NCBI GenBank assembly: GCA_023920165.1
Contig: CP089274.1
Location: 372,001-436,000 of the forward strand
Direction of reading: 5' to 3'
Length of the DNA: 64,000 nt
Source of the DNA: Curvularia clavata
Taxonomy: Eukaryota
Shown: one piece after another, positions 54,835-64,000 of the stretch
Layout of the letters: each line of letters starts with the position of its first letter
How positions within the stretch are numbered: the stretch's first letter is position 1
Notes under the pieces: generated by a model
What the model was told of the DNA's origin: nothing
Database searches by the model: none
The model's input: only the letters and a program-made list of their open reading frames with translations
Translations under genes and position numbers: made by a program

Positions 54835-55919
54835 GAGATGTGTTGTTTTTTTATAAGCGATTGGTGGAATATACTCAGCATTTTTCTTCTTCTTCTTTTC
54901 TTCCACCGATCTGTGTTGTTGTTGCTGTCTGTGTAAAGTGTTTGGAACACGGCAGGAAAAAAAAAGTAACAGCGGACTTTGTTCTGTTCTCGCTGGTTTT
55001 TACTTATCAGCGTTACACTCTGGTCAGTTATCCAGAGAATCTTTTTTCTTTTTCTTCGACTGTCGATATATCCTGTCTTTTCTCTCTCTCTCTATCCGCT
55101 TCGTTTCGCGCTCAGCGAACTTTCCTTACTTTCTCTGGGCCCAGATAGGGCTATACCTAGGCGTTTGAGGATTTCCATCTGTTGAAAAATATCACATGAT
55201 TTATTCACTATATATTCCTGTCATGTGCTGTTGTTCCTATCCAGGCTTTTTCTTCTCCTCGACAAGTCTAAACAGGTATGTTGTAAGAATGTCGCACAAC
55301 GCTACTTCGTCCTACGTCCTAGTCTTCAATCTGTCCTATTCTTCGTACTACACAGGGTTCAAACAAGCATCACGCCAAACCTCCCATCCCCGCTCCCTCG
55401 TACAAGAATGGCAAAGGCAGTCCCGCTCTTTGCTCAACAACGGCAAAGCAAGTGTTCCACGACATACATCTCACCTTCCCATCTGTCACTAATACTCGAA
55501 AAAGCAACAGTCTCGTAGTTCAAAGTATTGATAGATTTTTTAAATATTTTTTACAATTAACATTATATACTACGTAACTCGAACCAAACCAATTCTGCCA
55601 TACTAAAGAGCGGGGGGAGAAATGAGAGACTTGCAGGTAAGATAGGCTGAGTAAGAGGGCATTGGAATGGCGAGTTTTGTGTTTCCTTTGACTAAGTTTA
55701 AAAAAGGTGTGTGTGTGTGATTGTTCAGGCGGCACAAAAAAAAAGAGAGCATAACGAGCGTTTTTGTGGTTTGACATCCAGGGTGTTGTTGTGTTGTGCG
55801 TGCGGCGGCGGGACAGAGTTTCTTTCATCCGTTTCTTTCGGGGATTTTCCCGATACTTGTGGCATGAGCGAGCGTACAAAAGACGTTTTACAATTATGGT
55901 TCCGAGACGAGGGAGACGT

Positions 55920-58183
55920 TTATGGCAGGACGATCTGCACGGTTTGAGCGATGCTAGGGACGCCCTGCTCTGAGAGAACAAAGAGGTAGTAAGCACCAGG
56001 GATCAGGATACCGCTGTCATTGGGGAGGGTAGCGGTGAGGCTGTTTCCGTTGGTCTTGACGTTGGTCAGGGGCACGCGGCGCTGGTCGGTGTTGACCGAG
56101 TGAGTGACGCTGCCGATACGGACGAGGGCGAGGCTAGATTTCGCGGCGCCGGAGCCCACGGTTACGGTGAGTGTACCACCGACCTTGACGCGCTGGGAGC
56201 TGATAAACGAGATGGTGGGTCGGGTAGCCGGGGTGCCGTCCTGGTTGAAGAGGTACGGAGGAGAGAAGATTTGGCCGTCGGCGTGGTCGACGAGCTTGTT
56301 ACAGTTGGCGGAGCTGCGGCCAACGCCCTGGGCGACGTAGCAGAGACCGCCGCCGCCACTGAAGACGCGGCCGTCGGCAAGAAGGATGCTGACGGAGTGG
56401 TAGTTGCGGGGGACGGCCTGAGGTGCCATTACTCGCCAGGTCTTGGTGAAGGGATTGAAGATCTCAGGGTACAGGGCGCCGTCGTCGTCAGTGAAGACCT
56501 TGGAGCGACGTTGGCCACCGCTGACGACAATGCAACCGTCAGGAAGGACAACGGCGTTGGCGAAACCACGGGGGTAGGTCATGTCAGCGACACGCTCAAC
56601 CTTTGCGGGAGTGTTGGGCTCATTGATAGTCGTGATGTGAGCGCGGGCGTTGGCATCAGAGTCAGTGTAGTCGGAAGAACCGCCAGCGCTAAAGATCTTT
56701 CCAGCAGTCGCATCGTACATGACAAAGATACCGCACATGGCATCGTCAATGGGGTCTCGAATACCAGCAGCCACTTGAGAACCTGTGCCAGTCGTTCCGT
56801 ACCAGTTCATGGCCTTGCTAGGTCCAGCTTGAAATACGGACTTGTTCTTCCAGCCAAAGAGCCATGCGTGGTTATCCTCACGCCAGATGCCCTCGTGGTC
56901 CTTGGTAAGCATTGGGCCGATCTTCGACTTTGGTAGAGCGGTCCAGGTGTTGGTGGCCGGGTCGTACACCTCACCATCCTTGCCAGTGCGGGGACCAGAG
57001 TATGCGCCACCAATGGTGAAGACGCGATTGTCGGACGTAGTGCAGGAAGATTGGTATCCACGGGCCATTTTCCTATGCAAGTCAGTACAAGTTTCCAACT
57101 GTTTCCCTTAGTCACATACATGTCGGGTGCACGGGTGAAAGTGTTCGAGGCCGGGTTGTAAGCACTGACGGCGTTTGCGTCAGAGCCTCCCTGGATCAGA
57201 AGGCGTCCATCCTGAAGACTGCTCATCGCGGGACAGAACATGTCATGCTGAGTGTTGCTCACAGTACGAGCTGAAACAGCACCACTACTCAGAACGTTAG
57301 CATACCTGGTTGTCTCGTCTACGAGCAAAACTTACGTCTGGAAGTTGTAGTCGGCAAACTGTGTGCGTCCACCAGGACCACCAAAGGCATCGGTGCCCCA
57401 ACTGGAGAAAAAAAGCAGCCGTTGCGAGACTGGGTACTCGGGGACAACGTATGCAGCGACAGGAATGACTGGGAAGCGGATAAGGTCCGACCACTCGCCG
57501 TTCTGAGCAGGAACAGCTGGTTCAATGAGGCGCATAACATCATAGCGCTTGTCAGTGGACCAGATCAACGTGTTGGAGCGCGCATCAGCCTTGATGTGGC
57601 AAGCGTTTGCTGCTGAATCAAAGACTGCTGCTTTGCACGTCGCCCAGTTCGCGCACAGGTAAGCACATCGGTCAAAGTCTGGAACGCCTTGGAATATCTT
57701 TTCACTCGGCCCGCGGATGTCGGTACCTGGGCAGACGCTGTATCGTTTCTGAAAGTCATGTTGGCATGTGATATCTTGTCAAAATGTTACACCTCAACTT
57801 ACCTTGTTCCTGCCATAGGTCCATTCATTAGCAGGGCAACGAGCAATGTTGATCTGCTCGGCCTGAATTACTTGGAAGCGATCATTGGCAACCCATTTTA
57901 AGCCTGCGATTTCCTTGAAGTGACAGTCCTTTGTTCGGGTATCGTAAACGGCTTTGAAGCAGCTCATGGCCTTGTCACAGAGCTTTGCACATTCTGTAGC
58001 AGAGGCGACTCTGGGTGTCAACGACGCTGTAGGTCCGGTAAGGTCGGTTCCTGGGCATACTCGATACCGAATGCCCTGAGTACCGGTAAAGACTGTGTCG
58101 GCGCCGGGGCAAGCATTAAGGGCTGTAGTAGATTGGAAAAGAACGGCTGCAGAAAGCACTGCGAGAAGAGTTTGGCCCTGCAT
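55920..58183 (-). CDS. AA5_2 copper radical oxidase (galactose-oxidase family) with N-terminal PAN/apple-like modules
   Basis: Signal peptide; Cys-rich ECAKLC...C module; catalytic motifs HDMFCP, RGYQSS, PRNYHS, VTHSVNTDQR; several introns. Confidence 0.92.
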
Positions 58184-59522
58184 CCTGGATGTCAATACAA
58201 AGTGCAGCGCCTAGAGAGTTCGCAGGGACCGTCGACATGATATATAGTTGCGCCGATTTTTCAACTACCGATTCAATACTTGGACGCTGCCGCGCACGCG
58301 GGATCACAAAAGTGGGTAGTGGTGAGATACGGAGCGAAAGGGTTGCTGCCCTAGAATTCAAACGGGAAAGGCAGACGCCGAGTAGGGCATTGTGCCTGAG
58401 TAGAGTCCCTGCAGACGATCACACCCATACCATTATTTTGCTGTCTTCGATAGCGCTAAGAGACTTTGGAGGAAGCTATCAGGGGTTTGCTGTAGACGGT
58501 AGCGGGCCGAAAATCCTAAGCAGGCTAGCGGCGATACTATTGTCGGTAACGTCGACCTCCCTAGAGTCATGCCGGGTGCTGCGCCTCAAGAATCTTAACG
58601 GTCATATCTGACATGTAGGCGAGGGATAGCTGACACACCGGAACAATGCCGAAAGCCGTTTCTGGTTGGGTGTCACCGGCGATACAAAATCTGGGGAAGT
58701 ACACCATGTAGAATGGTACTGGTATAATACTGCTGTGATTGTAGCCAATGTAGAATGTTTAAATTCTCACCTCATCGTCACGATGCTGCTAGGCGCCCGC
58801 AAACTCTTTGATTCGGTTCCCTGCCGAGTTGCTTGAAACGCCAAGACGTCCTTTTGACTTGATCCCTGCGTCTATCAGGGAGACAATACCTCCAAACAGA
58901 TCCTTCAGCCAAATACCCACCAGTGGAATATTGCCCCTGTTCCATGCCGCGGGGAGAATATTCGGACAGAACGTCATGGAGTATAGCCGATAGCTGGACC
59001 TATATTTCGTCATGCAAGACCCGAGTCTGTTGTGAGTGACGCGGTTCGTACCACCAAAGTTTACCGTAACCAAACAATGGCAGAGGAACAAATAAGAGGC
59101 CCGACTCTTGCTTCTGAGGTCGGTTTCAATGTACGACCAGCCGACTTGGCCTTGTCTAGCTTCTTGGAAATACAATTCGAATACGGCTATTCAGATCAAC
59201 GTACGTTGCTCAGCTGATTGATAGCGCGAATTGATCGACCTGGCGGCTGGAAAACTGTGTCTCTACAGTACACACTCACGGGGAGAGATGGAACGCAAAG
59301 CTACCATGGTACTGGTACACCACCCCCAGCACTAATAAGCATCGCTCAAAGCCAAGAAATCTGGAAGTAGTGACATCTCTAACTCGCCGCAGTCTGGCCG
59401 ATTTCTGTTATCCGCAGCAAGCCGCTTGGCAAGTCTCAATAGTGTACATAGATAGTACAAGTAGAGTTTGATGGTAAACATAGTTTTCTTCCAACAGAAT
59501 TGGTTTTTTGAGCTGGACACTC

Positions 59523-61887
59523 TTACCAACTTTGGTCAGGCATCGAATTCCAGCTCGGTGCTAACCAAGGCCACTGCATACCAATGAAATTTGCGGGAGC
59601 TTGCGCAGGTCCCATGGGAAATGTTTCCGGTAAACTGTAGAGGGAATTGATGTTATCCGGTTGTGTAGCTCCAGATGCTAGTGGCATACCGCCGTAAGAT
59701 TCCATAGCCTCACCAGATACTTCAGTTTCTTTTTCACCCATGCGCGCCAGTCTTTCCGTGACATACGTAACAAGTAATGGCGGTTCGGGATCAACATCAG
59801 ACACTGCTTTGCGCGCGTCCCACGCTTGAAGCATGAGTCCAGAGAAAAGTACGAAGAAAGGATTCCTAGCGTTTGCTTCGACAGGATTGCCCTTTCCAGG
59901 TGAGCCGTGAAAGCGAGCAGCACAGTTGTCGCCCATTACTTTCCAGAACGTGTCTGCGTGGTCCGATAATGGCCGTCGTTTCAAATCGTGGACTAAGTGG
60001 ATATAGGCGGGGAAAGGGAAGTGAAGGTAGAGCATCCACCGGAAAGCTTTGATCAAAGGTGAGCTCATCAACATCGTATCGCACTCCAGCATGACACGAG
60101 CCTGTGTAAGACTAGCGTCACGCTGCTCCTCGGTCTCGTTTTCGAGGTTTGGGGACGCCTTTGCCAAGTAGTGCACAAACCGTGTTTTTGCAAAGAAGAC
60201 ACGCGTCCACCAGAATGTCATGTAGTGCAGCGGATTTTGGAGATCACATTGTGAGAGATACTTGCTCTCCAAGAAGGACTCGAAGGCTGTGATCTGATCC
60301 AATTCTGACAAAGAACCAGAGGGAGGATTCTCTACAATTTTGTTCATGACAGGGCTGATGAACTCCAAATGAGAGGGATTTCGCCGGATGAAGTCGCCAA
60401 GCTTGCTGCGCACCACAGCGAACAATGCTTCAGATATATTGCCAGACTCAACGGGTGCAGTTTTCATTTCGTTGCGGAAGCTGAAGTCGTTTACGTTATG
60501 GGGAGGGTGGCAGTCCCATGTGGGTATCAACGTCGCCGTTCTCAAGTCCGTCATTTCGGCAATGCGACTATCGAAGAGAACAAGTGACCACCACAGCCGA
60601 CGCCGCTACAAGAGGTCAGCAAGGATAGATAGGAACACAGTTTTACATACCAATTCGGCCTCAAGAACAGAGTAGCCAGCATTAATGGCTTCGACATCGA
60701 TGCCCATGCGCTGAGCAACACGAATCGCGATACCTAGCATAGACGATAGGGAACGTGGGTCCACCTCAGGCTTGAGCGTGAACTAGACTGGTCAGACGGT
60801 CAAAGGGACTTTTGCTTGTGTCTTGACTTACCAAGTAGAGGTGTAGAGCAGTCAAGCACTCACGGTTGCTGGACCTCACAAATGAACAATTTAGCAGTGC
60901 TTCCCGAGCACCCAGCTGATAGCCCCTGAGGATGTCACCTCGAGGTGTACCAAACATAGCCTGACATTGCTCTTCGTCAAGGCTGGCAACAGCCATACAG
61001 TATATTGAGAACATAAGAGCTTCCAGGTTGGGTTCAATCTTAGTCACATCGCTGGCTGCATCAATGATTCGCGGCTGTAGAGTAGGTGTGTGTGTAAGCT
61101 TCAAGAGAGGATCTATGTTTTCCAGGTAGAGCTGCCAGAGCTTGAAGATTTGGGCCTGAGGCGGATGGAGAGCTGACAACTCGACCCCAGAGGTGCGCGA
61201 GCAGAATAATAGGTGGTCGTTACGGAACCGTCCATTAAAGGACTGGTCCCATGCTCTGACAATATGTCGTAACTCCAAGGTGTGGTCTGGGAATTCCGCT
61301 TCATCAGAGTCGTCATCATCTAGCGGGCTATCGCCTTCGTATCTAAACTGCAGCTTTGCACGCATCAGCAACATGACGGCACACAGAGACTTGCATGCTC
61401 ACCTTGCGCATCATAGCATTCCAGAAGCTCCTGCAAGGGTCAGCACTATCCTCCTTAGCACCTGGGCAAAAGCTGCATACTTGGCTTGAGTGGACTCAGT
61501 ACTCGTCAGAGCAGCATTCTGAGTAGTCTCTTTATCTTGATCAAGTTCTGCATGCTCATCGCCCTTGGCATCTGTCTTCATATACCGACTCGATGGAGAG
61601 GCATGCAGAGGTTCAAATGGAATATTGTTCTCCCTCAAGAGATGCTCGTAATGGCGAAGACGCTCCAGCAACTCTCGCTCTGGAAACCTACGGCGCCTCT
61701 GACGAGGAACTGCTGCAGCAGATATGCATTGCGCGCCAACTTTTGTGCAGTTGGAGCATGGCGACTTGCGATCACACTTGACTTTTCTCTGTGCACACAA
61801 GATGCATGAAAGGACTCGCTGTGGCTTGCTTGCGGCGGCTGCGGCTGGTGGAAGTGGAGTACCAGAACTAGACTCAGGTGAGAGCAT
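59523..61887 (-). CDS. Zn(II)2Cys6 transcription factor with fungal TF middle-homology domain
   Basis: CILCAQRKVKCDRKSPCSNCTKVGAQC; YLENIDPLLKLTHTPTLQ; AIRVAQRMGI; RRRLWW; several introns. Confidence 0.92.
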
Positions 61888-62569
61888 GGCTCGTGACGGG
61901 ATGGAGGAAGCAAGCTTCCTGCCAAGACGGAGGTGGAGATGGATGGTTCATCGAAAGCTGAGCAGGGGAACGGTGGTGTTGAGCATTAGGCAACCACTCC
62001 GCCCTGCTAGGCCCAATCTGCTTATCTCCGGCACGGGTATCTCCACGCAGACAACGGCCATGAATCGAAGCGAACGCATGGGCACTGGGTGCGATTCGCG
62101 AGCATGCGAACAGGACGCGCCGTGGTGGTGTCGGGGACGTGTTTTGGAGCAAAGTCCGGTGGCGCGTTATTGGGCAGTACTAACTATCGATTGACCATGG
62201 ATGAAACGCGCATGGGTCGTCGCCACCACTGTCAAGACGAGAACAGGATGACCTTTCTCTGCTCTCAAAGTCGTTACAATGTCCATGTACTGGTACGTTG
62301 GCTGTGATAACGGCGGGGTATGGGGCAAATGTATTTCCCAACCGATGATACCCGTCACAACATGCATTTGCCTTGTCCCCGCCATCCTACCTCCACCAAC
62401 ATCAGACAACAGGACCAGCCAGCACCGACATCCGGCGGAGACCGGATAAACACAATTGAATCCTGCTCACCGAAAGAGAAGGTTGACAAGGCTCCGTGTC
62501 ACGTACATATACATGAACTTGACCATACTACGACGAGGCTAAAATAGGGACCCTTACCTATAGCATACC

Positions 62570-63649
62570 ATGACATTTACCGTCCTTTCCGACGCGGACA
62601 TCAAGTCTCTTCTGTCCAACCTGAGCTCGGCCGACGTGGAAAAGCTCACTTCAAGTCTTAACCAGGCGCTCATCCAATACTCATGTAACAATGAATCTCC
62701 TTATCAGCCACACCGGGCTAATGTCACTCGTTCGGATGGCCAGGTCAGCCTATTCATGCCTGCTACAACACCCTCTTCGATCGGAGTCAAGATTGTCGGC
62801 GTCGCGCCATCGCAAACTCCGCCTCCTGGTCAGGTGCTCCAGCCTGCGTTAAAGAGTGTCCTCACAATTTGTGATGAATTAGGGCAAGCTGTCGGTGTCT
62901 TGAATGCAGCCGAGCTGACAGCTTTCCGGACAGCATTGGGAAGCATGCTGTTGTATCGGTACAGAAATTCGACTGAAAACATAATCGTATTTGGGGCAGG
63001 CAAGCAGGCCGAGTGGCATATTCGGCTTGCTGTTCTGCTCAAGGCCAACGACATCAGGACCATTACCATTGTGAACCGGTCACAGGCGAGAGCGAAACAG
63101 TTGGCCGATTCACTCATCAAATCGGGGATCAGCTCCCAAATCCAACTTAAAGTGTTTGACAACAAGGAGAATGCGCTTGAGGGATTGGTTAAGGAGGCGG
63201 ATGTCATGTTTTGTACAACCCCGAGTACTGAGCCTCTATTTCCTGCTTCGTATCTCGCCTCAGAAGCAGGCAAACCCCGCTTCATCTCTGCCATTGGCTC
63301 CTATCGCCTCGACATGCAGGAAATTGATCCTGTCCTCCTCAGTCAAATCACTGACCCTTCGGGGCCATTTGCGTCTCAAGTCCACAATGGTTGCATTGCT
63401 GTTGATAGCATCAAAGGCTGCATGGATGAGGCTGGAGAGTTAGTCAAAGCGGGAATTGCCACAGAGAAGATGCTGGAGGTAGGAAAGATGGATGATCTAC
63501 GGAAATCTGATGACGTGAAAAAGTGGCTGGAAGAGGGCTTGGTGGTTTACAAGAGTGTGGGTGTAGGAATTATGGATATCGCAATTGGAAAGGCTTTGCT
63601 AGATTTATCGGCGGAGAAAGGGGTAGGAGTGCATTTGGATAGTTTTTGA
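62570..63649 (+). CDS. Ornithine cyclodeaminase / mu-crystallin family protein (PrnX-like)
   Basis: LFMPA, GVKIV, LTAFRTAL, VFGAGKQAEWH, CTTPS, AIGSY, YKSVGVGIMD. Confidence 0.9.
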   Translation: MTFTVLSDADIKSLLSNLSSADVEKLTSSLNQALIQYSCNNESPYQPHRANVTRSDGQVSLFMPATTPSSIGVKIVGVAPSQTPPPGQVLQPALKSVLTICDELGQAVGVLNAAELTAFRTALGSMLLYRYRNSTENIIVFGAGKQAEWHIRLAVLLKANDIRTITIVNRSQARAKQLADSLIKSGISSQIQLKVFDNKENALEGLVKEADVMFCTTPSTEPLFPASYLASEAGKPRFISAIGSYRLDMQEIDPVLLSQITDPSGPFASQVHNGCIAVDSIKGCMDEAGELVKAGIATEKMLEVGKMDDLRKSDDVKKWLEEGLVVYKSVGVGIMDIAIGKALLDLSAEKGVGVHLDSF

Positions 63650-63887
63650 GATGCAAATCTCCAAGAGAATCAAAAGATGGAGAAAAAAATGGGGTGAGAA
63701 TCCATGGTAGTGTCGGTTTAATGCGGCTACAGGCACACGAGCCAGCCCAATCGCGACCCCTCAATTTTGCCCCGCCGAAATTTTTGGAAGTCTTTCACCC
63801 CGCCATGTGACGACGCGCCCGCAATCGCTCTTGTCTTCGGACACCCCGCGAAATCGTTTCTACACTTTCAATCAGGCGTCACACACC

Positions 63888-64000
63888 ATGGCGTCCACCG
63901 AGGATCCCTACCTCATCCTTCCGGGCTCGGTTGCCCATTCTGACTTTCGCCTCCAGCGCCTGGCGCAAGAAATCGGCGCGAAGGAAGTCCGCTCGCTGTG
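63888..64000 (+). CDS. ADE6: 5' start of phosphoribosylformylglycinamidine synthase (partial)
   Basis: MASTEDPYLILPGSVAHSDFRLQRLAQEI resembles the Ade6/PurL N-terminus (ILPG..A.S.FR); good start context (cacaccATGG). Confidence 0.7.
   Translation, partial: MASTEDPYLILPGSVAHSDFRLQRLAQEIGAKEVRSL

Noticed and set aside
54840..55900. Several 70-160 aa ORFs between the DUF3405-like and AA5 genes
   Set aside because: Low-complexity convergent 3' UTR/terminator sequence with no coding signature.
56100..56936. Long antisense or alternate-frame ORFs (also 53075-54004, 47361-48128, 32310-32924, 15933-16598)
   Set aside because: These are shadows of real genes caused by codon bias; no independent motifs.

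Overview
Gene-dense, intron-rich nuclear DNA from a filamentous ascomycete (Pezizomycotina; a Dothideomycete/Pleosporales origin is my guess). About 25 protein-coding genes are supported. Housekeeping genes: 3' end of SSL2/XPB, MMC1, calcineurin A, CFIm25, CDC8, SLX1, JARID1/KdmB, OXA1, MIM1, SHP1/p47 and the start of ADE6. Others: two secreted copper enzymes (AA11 LPMO, AA5_2 oxidase), an MFS transporter, DUF3433- and DUF3405-like genes, a Zn2Cys6 factor and a mu-crystallin-like gene. Two accessory patches stand out. One is a double-NACHT NLR (hydrolase-NACHT-NACHT-ankyrin) between RIP-like AT-rich relics at 3.9-10.1 kb. The other, at 27.4-36.5 kb, holds a small Cys-rich secreted protein, a gasdermin-like protein, a GST, an HAE/CxxC deaminase and a HeLo-like N-terminal protein. 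The most unusual signals are non-coding. (1) A ~210-nt structured RNA with Pol III-type signals (TATA at -30, A-box-like, two B boxes, 17-bp terminal stem, oligo-T) sits inside an oversized intron of the MFS gene at 3168-3381. (2) A ~1.7-kb multi-domain structured intergenic RNA candidate lies at 18021-19708. All helices were paired by eye and family calls come from motif recognition; no searches were run.
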